From NCBI GenBank assembly GCA_964522375.1, contig CAZFVB010000008.1, positions 1 to 50,621 of the forward strand: a stretch of 50,621 nt of DNA. Direction: 5' to 3'. Below are positions 20,778 through 30,399 of the stretch, piece by piece. Positions within the stretch are counted from its first letter, which is position 1. Each line of letters opens with the position of its first letter. This stretch comes from an uncultured Chloroflexota bacterium (GTDB lineage Bacteria; Chloroflexota; UBA11872). A program made the position numbers and the translations under genes. The notes under the pieces were generated by a model. That model made no database searches. It saw only the letters and a program-made list of their open reading frames with translations, and was not told where the DNA came from.

Positions 20778-21199
20778 GGTTTATCCTGCTCCTCTCGGGG
20801 ACGCGGCGCAGGCTCTCGAGTCATCCGCTGCAACGCGCTTCTCAAACGTTCGACTTCACCTTCATAGCGTGTGCGCATACGGCCCATCTGACGCCGATGC
20901 TCAGCCCGTTGGGCCTCGTACCGATCTCGCATGTTGAGGATCACCTCAACACCTGCCAGGTTGACCCCAAGCTCACCCGTTAGGCGCTGGATAAGCCGTA
21001 CGCGTTCAATATCTACCTGGGAGAACATCCGAACATTCCCCCGTGATCGACTGGGTAATAAAAGACCGATCCGTTCGTAGTGGCGCAAGGTCTGTGGATG
21101 CACCTCTGTCATTTCTGCCACAACCCCGATGAAATAGACCGGCCGGGACCGCATCTCATCGGTAACCGGACGTTCTTCACCGGGATCGTCAAAAACCAT
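20774..21199 (-). CDS. hspR: Heat-shock repressor HspR (MerR family)
   Basis: PVY.IGVVAE...HPQTLR.YER.GL..P.R...R.FS..D...LT.ELGVNLAGVE, located in the dnaK operon. Confidence 0.9.
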   Translation of the reverse strand: MVFDDPGEERPVTDEMRSRPVYFIGVVAEMTEVHPQTLRHYERIGLLLPSRSRGNVRMFSQVDIERVRLIQRLTGELGVNLAGVEVILNMRDRYEAQRAEHRRQMGRMRTRYEGEVERLRSALQRMTREPAPRPREEQDKP

Positions 21200-21200
21200 G

Positions 21201-22145
21201 TCAGGTCGTCGTCACACGAACTGCACGATCAGCACGCAGTTCAGCGAGCTTTCGAAAAAGATCACGTTCAGAATCCGTCAGATTTTTCGGTAATTGAACA
21301 TCAATACGAACAACCATGTCACCCTGGCCTCGATCGCCAGGCAGCGGCAATCCTTGGCCGCGGAGCCGCAGCCTAGTTCCATCACTCGTTTCTGGTGGAA
21401 CACGCATAGACAAATTCTTACCCTCTAGCGTCGGGACAAGAACCTCCGCACCCAGCATTGCCTCTGTCAGCCCGACCTCAACTCGGATCGAAAGATCATC
21501 ACCATTTCGACCAAACCGAGAATCCTCCATGGTTTTCACTTTGAGAAATAAATCGCCCCGAGAACCATCCGCCCGGACAGCACCTTCGCCAGCAACCCGT
21601 AATCGCTGTCCATCCCGGACACCTGCGGGAATGGTCACGTCAATGCGTCGTTGTCGAACGGTGCCATCAAGACTCGGTAGCCGTACAGTGAACGCTCGAC
21701 GGCCACCACTCATAACCTCGGTGAGAGTCACCTCGAGACGTTCTTCCACATCGGCTTCCATCGATTGCGAAGCCGCAGTCCTACTTCCAGGACCACCACC
21801 AAACAGCGCTTCAAAGAAATCACTAAAACCGGTGCCTCCACCTCCAAAACCGGCCCCAAACCCTGCCCTCCCAACGCCGCTTTGACGGAAAGCCTGATCA
21901 AATGACCCGGTGCGACGCCAGTTAGAACCAAAGGCATCGTATTGCGTGCGTTTTTCAGGATCAGTTAGAACTTCATTAGCTTCATTAATTTCCTTGAATC
22001 GGGCCTCGGCTGAAGCATCACCAGGGTTGACATCAGGATGGTATTTGCGAGCTAAGCGCCGATAGGCAGTTTTGATCTCCTCGGCTGTAGCTGTACGAGG
22101 CACTCCCAAGAGCTCGTAGTAATCGCGAAAATCAACCTGAGACAC
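21201..22145 (-). CDS. dnaJ: DnaJ-class co-chaperone lacking the Zn finger (class B, CbpA-like)
   Basis: J-domain with HPD, G/F-rich region, C-terminal domain, no CxxCxGxG repeats. Confidence 0.88.
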   Translation of the reverse strand: MSQVDFRDYYELLGVPRTATAEEIKTAYRRLARKYHPDVNPGDASAEARFKEINEANEVLTDPEKRTQYDAFGSNWRRTGSFDQAFRQSGVGRAGFGAGFGGGGTGFSDFFEALFGGGPGSRTAASQSMEADVEERLEVTLTEVMSGGRRAFTVRLPSLDGTVRQRRIDVTIPAGVRDGQRLRVAGEGAVRADGSRGDLFLKVKTMEDSRFGRNGDDLSIRVEVGLTEAMLGAEVLVPTLEGKNLSMRVPPETSDGTRLRLRGQGLPLPGDRGQGDMVVRIDVQLPKNLTDSERDLFRKLAELRADRAVRVTTT

Positions 22146-22649
22146 CTAGGACTCCTCAGCTATCGCAACTTCTACACGGGTCGCCCGCAAAACTTCTTCG
22201 CCCCACCTATACCCTCGTTGGACTTCCCTAGTGATTGTGCCGGACGAAAGCTCAGAGGACGGCTGTGTCGCTACGGCCTCATGCATAAGTGGGTCAAATA
22301 TGCCCTCAGCTTCGATGGGCACAACCCCCTGTCCTTCCAGCAAAAGTCGTATCCGATCCCTCGTCAACTCAACACCCTCCCGAACTTGTTCGGGATTGAA
22401 AACTCCTTCCAACGAAACTACAGCTCGATCAAGATCATCCGCTACAAGCAAAACGTCTCGAAGAACCGCAGCCGTGGCTTGTTTGACCAAGGACTGAGTT
22501 GTTCGGTCAACGCGCTTTCGGTAATTATCCATTTCAGCACGTAGCCGCAGGACCTGATCATTAAGGGAGGCAACTTCACTTTCCAGAACCTCCCCGCGGT
22601 CCAGAACCTCCTGCACCTCTTCACCTTCGGGGTTGCACTTATCACCCAT
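22146..22649 (-). CDS. grpE: Nucleotide exchange factor GrpE
   Basis: LRAEMDNYRKR, FDP..HEA and GY....VLR motifs. Confidence 0.93.
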   Translation of the reverse strand: MGDKCNPEGEEVQEVLDRGEVLESEVASLNDQVLRLRAEMDNYRKRVDRTTQSLVKQATAAVLRDVLLVADDLDRAVVSLEGVFNPEQVREGVELTRDRIRLLLEGQGVVPIEAEGIFDPLMHEAVATQPSSELSSGTITREVQRGYRWGEEVLRATRVEVAIAEES

Positions 22650-22654
22650 CCGAA

Positions 22655-24568
22655 TTACTTCTCGTCCGCAGCCTCAAACTCCGCGTCAACAACGTCATCG
22701 TCATTAGACGTAACACCCTCTGACGAATGATCCGACCCGGTAGCATCAGCCGTCTCGGGCCCATTTTCCTGATGAATCTTTTCACCAATTGCCTGAGAGG
22801 CTGTTTGCAAAACAGCCACAAACCCCTTTAGCTCCTCAAGGCCGCCATCTTCAAGAGCCTTGCGGACATCAGCAATCGCTGCTTCAGCCGCCTCCCTATC
22901 AGCAGGCTCAACCTTGTCACCGTGCTCTTCCAGCATCCGTTCGGTCTGATAAGCAAGACTACCGGCGTTGTTCTTGAGCTCAGCTTCTTCCAGTTGACGC
23001 TTATCATCGGCTGCGTGCGATTCAGCCTCTTTAACCAAGGCTTCTACTTGCTCTGGCGTCAGGTTAGTCGTCGCTGTGATAGTGATCCGCTGCTCTTTAC
23101 CCGTCGCAAGATCCTTAGCCGACACGTTCACGATGCCATTCGCGTCGATATCGAACGACACTTCGATCTGTGGGACCCCGCGTGGAGCCGTAGGAATCCC
23201 CTCCAGTCTGAACCGACCCAAGGTCGTATTGTCACGAGCCATCGGCCGCTCACCCTGCAGAACATGGATGTCTACCGCGGTTTGCCCATCCTCAGCCGTC
23301 GAAAACGTCTCTGACTTGCTGGTTGGAATCGTCGTATTACGAGGAATCAGAGGCGTCATAACCCCGCCCAAAGTTTCCACCCCCAAAGAAAGTGGAGTGA
23401 CATCGAGTAGAACCACGTCCTCAACTTCACCCGCCAGTACGCCCCCCTGAATCGCGGCACCAATCGCCACTACTTCATCGGGATTCACTCCCTGACTTGG
23501 ATCCCTACCTGCAAGATCCCGCACAAGTTCCTGAATCGCTGGCATTCGGGTAGATCCACCGACCATAACCACTTCGTTAATAGCAGACGCCTCTATTCCA
23601 GCGTCACTTAGAGCCTGCTTAAACGGTTCAACACACCGCTGAGTCAAATCCTGAGTGAGGTTTTCGAATTCAGCCCTGGTAATCACCACGTCAAGATGCT
23701 TGGGTCCAGTCTGGTCTGCCGTAATGAAAGGCAAACTGATTTGGGCCTGCGGAACGCTTGACAGTTCTTGCTTAGCTTTTTCGGAAGCCTCTATTAATCG
23801 CTGTAAAGCCTGAGCATCTTGTCTTAGATCGATACCATCACTGCCAAGAAACCCATCAGCCACGTGATCAACAATGCGTCGGTCGTAATCATCACCACCT
23901 AAATGGGTGTCCCCGTTTGTTGCCTTTACCTCGAAAACACCATCCCCAACCTCGAGGATTGTGACGTCAAACGTTCCCCCACCGAGATCCCAAACGAGAA
24001 TGGTTTCCGCGCCTTTTCTCTCCAAACCATATGCAAGAGCCGCAGCTGTCGGCTCATTAATGATCCGACGGACATTAAGACCAGCCACTTCACCTGCATT
24101 ACGGGTTGCCTGACGTTGCGCATCATTAAAATATGCAGGCACGGTAATAACTGCGTCCGTTACCTCTTCACCCAGATACTTCTCTGCATCAGCCTTGAGT
24201 TTCTGGAGAACAACCGCTGATATTTCTTCAGGGGCAATTTCCCGACCGGTTTCCGGAATGCTGATAAGAGCCTGGCCAGCATCACCCTCTACAACATCAA
24301 AGGTTACCGATTCAGCCTCGCCTGCAACCTCGTCGAGTCGACGACCAATAAATCGCTTGGCGGAATAGATCGTATTTTTCGGATTCATAACTGACTGCCT
24401 GCGAGCAAGCTGGCCAACGAGACGCTGACCACCCTTGGCATAGGCCACAACCGACGGCGTCAGCCGTCCACCCTCGGAATTAGTAACGACGCTGGGATCT
24501 CCTCCTTCCATAACAGCCACAACCGAATTGGTAGTTCCTAGATCAATCCCAATAATCTTGCCTGCCAT
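22655..24568 (-). CDS. dnaK: Chaperone DnaK (Hsp70)
   Basis: [25 protein letters not shown] and NPDEVVA motifs. Confidence 0.98.
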   Translation of the reverse strand: MAGKIIGIDLGTTNSVVAVMEGGDPSVVTNSEGGRLTPSVVAYAKGGQRLVGQLARRQSVMNPKNTIYSAKRFIGRRLDEVAGEAESVTFDVVEGDAGQALISIPETGREIAPEEISAVVLQKLKADAEKYLGEEVTDAVITVPAYFNDAQRQATRNAGEVAGLNVRRIINEPTAAALAYGLERKGAETILVWDLGGGTFDVTILEVGDGVFEVKATNGDTHLGGDDYDRRIVDHVADGFLGSDGIDLRQDAQALQRLIEASEKAKQELSSVPQAQISLPFITADQTGPKHLDVVITRAEFENLTQDLTQRCVEPFKQALSDAGIEASAINEVVMVGGSTRMPAIQELVRDLAGRDPSQGVNPDEVVAIGAAIQGGVLAGEVEDVVLLDVTPLSLGVETLGGVMTPLIPRNTTIPTSKSETFSTAEDGQTAVDIHVLQGERPMARDNTTLGRFRLEGIPTAPRGVPQIEVSFDIDANGIVNVSAKDLATGKEQRITITATTNLTPEQVEALVKEAESHAADDKRQLEEAELKNNAGSLAYQTERMLEEHGDKVEPADREAAEAAIADVRKALEDGGLEELKGFVAVLQTASQAIGEKIHQENGPETADATGSDHSSEGVTSNDDDVVDAEFEAADEK

Positions 24569-24578
24569 CTATTACCTC

Positions 24579-27038
24579 CTAGGCCAAACGGGGAGCTGAC
24601 AATGGAACAGCTGCAGCCGCACCCGAAGCTTCACTAAATAAAACTGTTGATAGAACGGTTTCCATATCATTGACCCAAACAAATCGAATCTGGTTGCGCA
24701 CCTTCTCCGGAATCTCGTCTAAATCAGCACGGTTATCCTCTGGAGCAATAACGGTGTCCAAGCCAGCACGATGAGCTGCCAATACTTTTTCCTTCAAACC
24801 ACCAATAGGACGAACATGCCCTCGCAAGGTGACCTCACCAGTCATTGCGATATGACGACGCACTCTTCTTCCGGTCAAGGCCGACACGATTGCAGTGCCC
24901 ATTGTGATCCCGGCAGATGGTCCATCCTTAGGAACACTTCCGACCGGCACATGCACATGCAAGTCATTCTGGGAGAACGTCTTGGGGTCAATACCAAGTG
25001 ACTCCGTCCGTGACCGAGCATATGAAAGTGCCGTCTTAGCTGATTCACTCATCATTTCCCCAAGTTGTCCGGTAAGCCGTAGTTTTCCACCACCCGCAAC
25101 CCACGCCGCCTCTACATCGAGAACCTCGCCTCCCACCGGCGTAACAGCCAATCCTGTCGCAACACCGACCTTGGGGTCCCGACTTTCATCCTCAGGGAGA
25201 AATTTTGCTGGTCCTCGAGCCGCGCGAACCTGCCTCGGAGTAACTCGGCGAACCGAGGGACTGCCACTGGCAATACGTCGAGCTAAACGACGACAAACAC
25301 CCGCAAGCTCACGTTCAAGGTTTCTCACACCGGCTTCACGGGTGTAATGCCTAATCGCCTCACGCACCGCGCCATCAGTAAAGGAGACTCCCACAGCACC
25401 TAGCCCATGCAGCCTTAGTTGTCGCGGCAATAAAAATTCTTGGGCTATTCGAACCTTTTCTTCTTCCGTGTAACCACTTAGGTCAATAATTTCCATACGA
25501 TCACGCAAGACCGCAGGGATATCTTCCGCAGTGTTAGCCGTGGCAACAAACAGAATTCTAGAAAGATCGAACGTAACTTCCAGATAGTGATCTGAAAAAT
25601 TATGGTTCTGCTCCGGGTCAAGGACCTCCAATAACGCCGATGACGGATCCCCGCGAAAATCGCGTCCGATCTTGTCAATCTCGTCAAGAAGAAGCACCGG
25701 GTTACGTGACCCTGCTCGTCGAAGGGCCTGAATTATGCGCCCGGGCAAGGCACCGACGTAGGTCCGACGATGCCCCCTGATTTCGGCCTCATCCCGAACG
25801 CCTCCTAGTGAGATACGTCCAAAGTCGCGTCGAAGCGACCGTGCGATAGAGCGACCCAGACTTGTCTTGCCCACACCAGGCGGGCCTACCAAACACAGTA
25901 TTGGCGTCCGGAACTCCGACGATATTGATCGGACAGCCAGAAATTCCAACACCCGCTCCTTCGCCTTCTCCAGTCCATAGTGGTCCCGATCCAGGACTTT
26001 CCTGGCACGCGACAGGCTCTCTTGGCCCTTGGACTCAACCGACCACGGCATATCCAACAGCCAATCCAGATACCCCCGAATGACACCGACCTCTGGAGAC
26101 GTCGGAGGAGTAACCTCTAGGCGCGTAATTTCTTGGGTCGCTTTTGCCTCTACCTCATCCGGAAGATCAAGCTCACGGACCCGAGTCTTTAATTCGTCAC
26201 TGTCATCAATCTGGGGATTTGAGATACCCAGTTCCCTTTGGATCGCCTTTAATTGCTCCCGTAGATAAAAATCACGCTGTACCTTTTCAATACCGTCTTG
26301 GATTTCACCCTGAATCTTGTTCCGAATATTAAGGATCTCAACCTGACGAGTTAGGTATGTGGCAACCCTTCTTAATCGATCGGCAGGATCGAGAGATTCG
26401 AGAATATCCTGGCGTTCTTGAACCGACATGTCCGACGAAAAGGTTATGTAGTCAGCGAGCCAGCTCGGATCAGCCGCTCGTCTCGCCATTGAAACCATCT
26501 CAGGAGCGAGAAGATTCGTATCATCTGCAACTGCCTCAACTTGGGCAACAATTACCCGGCGAAGCACTTCAAGCTCTAGTGTTGGAGCCTCGTCAGAAAA
26601 CAACGGCACAACCCGTGCTTGCAAATAACTGCCAACCGATTCGATCTCTTCAAGCGCCGCACGGTGCTGACCCTCCATCAGCACCTGAACACCACCGTCG
26701 GGCATTCGTAGCCGACGGATAATTTTCGCTACGGTACCGATCCGGAAAAGGTGGGCAGGATCAACCCTTTTTCGAGCAACACGTTGCGTCACAAGAAGTA
26801 CCAGATCGCCTGCTTCTGCAGCAGCCGCTATTGCATCAACTGAAATAGCACGACTGGCATGAAGAGGCATCGTCAATTCAGGAAAGGCAACCCAGTCAGG
26901 CAATGGCACAACCGGAAGAAATGTCGACTCTGGCTCCACAGAAGCAATCGCACGACTAGGGCCAGAAGCCTTTATGTCATCTGGTTTCGATTTGGCTGAA
27001 ACCTCAGCTTCGCCACGTGAATCATCTTTTTCACTCAT
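24579..27038 (-). CDS. lon: ATP-dependent protease La (Lon)
   Basis: Lon N-domain, GPPGVGKTS, GHRRTYVGA, PKDGPSAG catalytic Ser, IGGLKEK catalytic Lys. Confidence 0.96.
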   Translation of the reverse strand: MSEKDDSRGEAEVSAKSKPDDIKASGPSRAIASVEPESTFLPVVPLPDWVAFPELTMPLHASRAISVDAIAAAAEAGDLVLLVTQRVARKRVDPAHLFRIGTVAKIIRRLRMPDGGVQVLMEGQHRAALEEIESVGSYLQARVVPLFSDEAPTLELEVLRRVIVAQVEAVADDTNLLAPEMVSMARRAADPSWLADYITFSSDMSVQERQDILESLDPADRLRRVATYLTRQVEILNIRNKIQGEIQDGIEKVQRDFYLREQLKAIQRELGISNPQIDDSDELKTRVRELDLPDEVEAKATQEITRLEVTPPTSPEVGVIRGYLDWLLDMPWSVESKGQESLSRARKVLDRDHYGLEKAKERVLEFLAVRSISSEFRTPILCLVGPPGVGKTSLGRSIARSLRRDFGRISLGGVRDEAEIRGHRRTYVGALPGRIIQALRRAGSRNPVLLLDEIDKIGRDFRGDPSSALLEVLDPEQNHNFSDHYLEVTFDLSRILFVATANTAEDIPAVLRDRMEIIDLSGYTEEEKVRIAQEFLLPRQLRLHGLGAVGVSFTDGAVREAIRHYTREAGVRNLERELAGVCRRLARRIASGSPSVRRVTPRQVRAARGPAKFLPEDESRDPKVGVATGLAVTPVGGEVLDVEAAWVAGGGKLRLTGQLGEMMSESAKTALSYARSRTESLGIDPKTFSQNDLHVHVPVGSVPKDGPSAGITMGTAIVSALTGRRVRRHIAMTGEVTLRGHVRPIGGLKEKVLAAHRAGLDTVIAPEDNRADLDEIPEKVRNQIRFVWVNDMETVLSTVLFSEASGAAAAVPLSAPRLA

Positions 27039-27044
27039 GTGAGA

Positions 27045-27074
27045 ACCTTAATACCTGAGCGTGATACTGTCAAG
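27045..27074 (-). promoter_or_regulatory. Sigma-70-type promoter for a leaderless lon transcript, overlapped by a HAIR-like HspR operator
   Basis: Minus strand reads TTGACA (27073-27068), 17 bp, TAAGGT (27050-27045), 6 nt, ATG. CCTGAGC-N7-TGTCAAG (27054-27074) matches HAIR CTTGAGT-N7-ACTCAAG at 5/7 in each arm. Confidence 0.72.
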
Positions 27075-27205
27075 TAATATGTACCCATGGGAAGCATGTC
27101 CCGCCCGGCCTTTGCTAAGGCTAGGGGTCGCGCACCCAACATCACCATCCCGAAGACCATGTCGGGCAGTATTAGCATCGTCAAAATCAGGGTTGAGGAA
27201 CTCGC

Positions 27206-27630
27206 GTGGAACGATACGGGGTCACGATCTGGCAGACAGGGTGGCGAACGCGAGTGGTCAGGATGATCCCGTTGGTGCTGTTCTTCGCATGCTTGGGCTG
27301 GTACTTCAACCGGCCGATCCCGGATTCGTCGGCCTATCCATTAGGCGACATCGACCAGCTTTTTCTACTCGCCACCTGTGAATGGGAACGCGGATCTTTA
27401 GTGCACCAGCCGCAAAACTTCTTCCAAAGGTCCTGGCTTCTACGGAATGGGCGAAAGCCTGTTCTTCTCCGACCTTCTGTTAGGCACGCTACCGACCTAC
27501 ATGCTCTTGGCCCCGATGTTCGGGCCAGCACTTAGCTTCAACCTGCTACACGGCATCCTTCCCGCCTTGAACGGCCTGGTGATGGTTGGAGCACTCCACC
27601 AGTTCACCGCTCGGCCGGTGGCCCTGGTGG
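27206..27630 (+). pseudogene. Frameshifted, truncated polytopic membrane protein (GT-C/YfhO-like N-terminus)
   Basis: GAGGA RBS and GTG start. Removing one A at 27426-27428 joins ...HQPQNFFQ to GPGFYGMGESLFFSDLLLG and further TM helices. Coding character is lost after about 27630; the end is approximate. Confidence 0.55.
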
Positions 27631-27699
27631 ATGATCACAAGAGAATCCGGCGGACAGATATGGTTCCCACCGCATCTTACAGACACCAAATTCAGGGGG

Positions 27700-27720
27700 C
27701 GTCAACATATGACATTGACG
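27700..27720. promoter_or_regulatory. Palindromic operator-like site 1 (CGTCAA-N9-TTGACG)
   Basis: Perfect 6-bp arms; shares CGTCAACATAT with the reverse complement of site 2. Confidence 0.5.
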
Positions 27721-27814
27721 GAATCTTCTCGATAACACAACGAATCAACACCTCCAACTCATCGCAGAAGGCATGCCAGACTGACATGTGAACGAGACTC
27801 AATGACCCCATACG

Positions 27815-27858
27815 CGTTAACGCAATATGTTGACGACTACCTAACACTCACGCAAACT
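27815..27858 (+). promoter_or_regulatory. Operator-like site 2 (CGTTAA-N9-TTGACG) overlapping the putative aro promoter (-35 TTGACG, 17 bp, -10 CAAACT)
   Basis: Site at 27815-27835; TTGACG 27830-27835; CAAACT 27853-27858. Confidence 0.5.
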
Positions 27859-27871
27859 CGGAACCACGTTT

Positions 27872-27976
27872 ATGACATCTCCCACAAATGATTTACAAGT
27901 GATTTTCACCAGCCCCACAATCCATTCGCATTTCGCGTTTACAAGGCCGGCGTTGCTGGGCCAAATCTCCATGTGA
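27872..27976 (+). CDS. Putative leader peptide of the aro operon (34 aa, MTSPTNDLQVIFTSPTIHSHFAFTRPALLGQISM)
   Basis: Short ORF between the putative promoter and the terminator; 3 Phe codons; stop codon at the apex of a long hairpin. No clear RBS. Confidence 0.35.
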   Translation: MTSPTNDLQVIFTSPTIHSHFAFTRPALLGQISM

Positions 27977-27998
27977 GAACGGGCTAGCAGGTGCCGGC

Positions 27999-28030
27999 AG
28001 CAGAGGCTAACGCCTCTGCTTTTTTGTTTT
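27999..28030 (+). terminator. Intrinsic terminator in the aroF 5' leader (attenuator-like)
   Basis: AGCAGAGGC-TAAC-GCCTCTGCT followed by TTTTTGTTTT, ending 36 nt before the aroF ATG. Confidence 0.8.
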
Positions 28031-28066
28031 CCAGTCTTATGCGAAACGCCATCCAAGGAGAAACCA

Positions 28067-29095
28067 ATGATTATTGTGATGCAAGACACTGCCACCCAAG
28101 AAGAAATCTCAGCCATCGAGGACCGAGTTCGATCCGAAGGCCTCGAAACACGGGTCCTGCGCGGCGTAGAAAAGACGGTTATTGCCTTGATCGGAAAACG
28201 CCCACCCGAACTGGCAGAACAAATCGAAAGAATGCCGGGTGTGTTTTCAGCCATGCCTATCGGAGAACCCTTCAAACTTGCAGCTCGAAGCGACGCAACA
28301 GAAAGGTCCAGCATCCAGATTGGCAATGCCTCCATCGGCAAAGGTTCGGCCATGGTCATGGCTGGACCTTGCACAGTAGAAACCCGCGACCAGTTACTAA
28401 CGACTGCCCAGCACGTCGCCGCTGCTGGAGCGACGGTGCTTCGCGGCGGAGCATTTAAGCCTCGGAGCTCTCCGTACAGCTTTCAGGGGCTCGGCGTGGA
28501 AGGCCTAAAGCTCCTTGTTGAGGCACGCGAAACAACCGGGTTGCCCATCATTACCGAAGTTCTCGACCCACGACATGTGGACGTTGTTGCTGATCACGCC
28601 GACGTACTACAGGTAGGCACCCGAAACGCCCAAAACTACGTCCTATTACGAGAACTTGGCGCCTGTGAAAAACCTGTGATGCTCAAGCGAGGCATGGGGA
28701 ACACAATTGACGAATGGTTAATGTGCGCCGAGTACATCATGGCTTCTGGAAACCCAGACGTAATTCTCTGTGAACGAGGCATCCGCACCTTCGAAACATC
28801 ATCCAGATTCACTCTTGATCTCAATGCAATTCCTCTACTCCGTCGGCGGACCCATTTACCGATCGCTGTCGACCCGTCTCAAGGTACTGGTCACTGGTTC
28901 ATGGTTGAAGCTCTCTCTCTGGCCGCTATTGCAGCAGGCGCTGACGGAATCATCATTGAAGTACATCCAACACCCGACGTGGCACTGATCGACGGCCAAC
29001 AGAGTCTCAGCTTTGAGAATTTCAGCGGCCTAATGGCGAAACTTGAGCCTCTCGCCGGCTCGTTAGGCCGGTCAACACAAAGCGTCGCCAGCTGA
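28067..29095 (+). CDS. aroF: DAHP synthase type I-beta with N-terminal regulatory (ACT-like) domain
   Basis: AAGGAG RBS; MIIVM N-domain; AGPC.VE, RGGAFKPRSSPYSFQG, KRG, CERGIRTFE, DPS and EVHP motifs. Confidence 0.95.
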   Translation: MIIVMQDTATQEEISAIEDRVRSEGLETRVLRGVEKTVIALIGKRPPELAEQIERMPGVFSAMPIGEPFKLAARSDATERSSIQIGNASIGKGSAMVMAGPCTVETRDQLLTTAQHVAAAGATVLRGGAFKPRSSPYSFQGLGVEGLKLLVEARETTGLPIITEVLDPRHVDVVADHADVLQVGTRNAQNYVLLRELGACEKPVMLKRGMGNTIDEWLMCAEYIMASGNPDVILCERGIRTFETSSRFTLDLNAIPLLRRRTHLPIAVDPSQGTGHWFMVEALSLAAIAAGADGIIIEVHPTPDVALIDGQQSLSFENFSGLMAKLEPLAGSLGRSTQSVAS

Positions 29096-29097
29096 TC

Positions 29098-30399
29098 ATG
29101 CACGGCCCAGGATCACCGAAGATCCGAACTGTCACGCCCGCAGAACGTCTCCGTGGCGAAATCCGGGTCCCTGGCGACAAATCGATAACACATCGTGGCG
29201 TGCTTCTTGGAACGATCGCCAACGGACGTTCGCGAATAAAGGGAGCCGGACTAGGAGGCGACACCCTCTCGAGCATGGCAGTAATGCAAGAACTCGGCGC
29301 CACAGTTGAAACCATTAAAGACGACTTACTAGTGACCGGGACTGGTCTCCATTCTCTGTCTGCACCCCGAAACATTCTTGATTGTGGCAACAGCGGCACC
29401 ACAATGCGGCTAACGGCCGGATTACTAGCTGGCCGCCAGTTCAACGCCACCCTTACGGGCGACGCATCACTGCGGAACCGACCAATGGATCGGATCTCCA
29501 AACCCCTCAGAGAATTAGGTGCAGAAATCGACGGTCGTGAGCAAGGAAGGTTCGCACCCTTAACACTACGACCAAGCCAGTTACACGGTACTGATATCGA
29601 AGTCGCGGTTGCCAGCGCTCAAGTTAAATCGGCTATCGCGTTGGCCGCACTCAGAGCAAATGGATCGACCACTATTAGCCAGCCATCTCCATCACGTGAC
29701 CACACGGAACGCATGTTGCGAGCCCAAGGTGCAGACGTAGCCGAAGAGGCAGGAAAACTCCGAATAAAACCCATCGACAAGCTTCAGGCCCTCGACGTGG
29801 TAGTACCCGGAGACATCTCCTCCGCAGCCTTTTGGATAGTGGCGGCAACGATTCATCCGGACGCTGTAATCACGATCCGAGACGTGGGCCTAAACCCACT
29901 GAGAATTGGGCTCCTTGACGCACTCCGCGCTATGGGAGCCCAAATCGAAATCCATATGGAAACACTCAAACCGGAACCGACAGGAACGGTCGTAGCTTCC
30001 TCATCCGACCTCAAGCCCGTTAACGTCAGCGGCGAACTAATCCCAAGACTCATAGACGAAATCCCTACGCTCGTCTTAGCCGCCGCCACGGCCAAGGGAT
30101 CGTCAAGGATCGATGACGCTGAAGAACTACGGGTAAAGGAATCAAACCGGATTCAAACCGTCACCGACGCCCTTTTCGCTCTAGGAATTCAGATCACACC
30201 AATGCCTGACGGCTTTGTAATTGACGGCCCCCAGCACGTCGGCGGAGGAGAAGTCGAAGCAGCGGGAGACCATAGGATTGCGATGCTCGCAGCAGTCGCC
30301 GGACTTTCAGGAAGACAGCCAGTTACGATCCGTGGAGCCAATGCTGTAGATGTGTCATACCCAAACTTCTGGCAAGACTTGGAACAACTCCGGGCATGA
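29098..30399 (+). CDS. aroA: 3-phosphoshikimate 1-carboxyvinyltransferase (EPSP synthase)
   Basis: PGDKSITHR, DCGNSGTTMR, ASAQVKS, RDHTE, ELRVKESNR and DHRIAM motifs. Confidence 0.96.
   Translation: MHGPGSPKIRTVTPAERLRGEIRVPGDKSITHRGVLLGTIANGRSRIKGAGLGGDTLSSMAVMQELGATVETIKDDLLVTGTGLHSLSAPRNILDCGNSGTTMRLTAGLLAGRQFNATLTGDASLRNRPMDRISKPLRELGAEIDGREQGRFAPLTLRPSQLHGTDIEVAVASAQVKSAIALAALRANGSTTISQPSPSRDHTERMLRAQGADVAEEAGKLRIKPIDKLQALDVVVPGDISSAAFWIVAATIHPDAVITIRDVGLNPLRIGLLDALRAMGAQIEIHMETLKPEPTGTVVASSSDLKPVNVSGELIPRLIDEIPTLVLAAATAKGSSRIDDAEELRVKESNRIQTVTDALFALGIQITPMPDGFVIDGPQHVGGGEVEAAGDHRIAMLAAVAGLSGRQPVTIRGANAVDVSYPNFWQDLEQLRA

Noticed and set aside
27940-28030. T-box riboswitch as the explanation for the aro leader
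   Set aside because: No UGGNACC antiterminator bulge and no recognisable Stem I motifs.
27841-28374. 177-aa minus-strand ORF and 155-aa plus-strand ORF (27991-28458) over the aro leader
   Set aside because: They overlap aroF antisense or out of frame and have no recognisable features.
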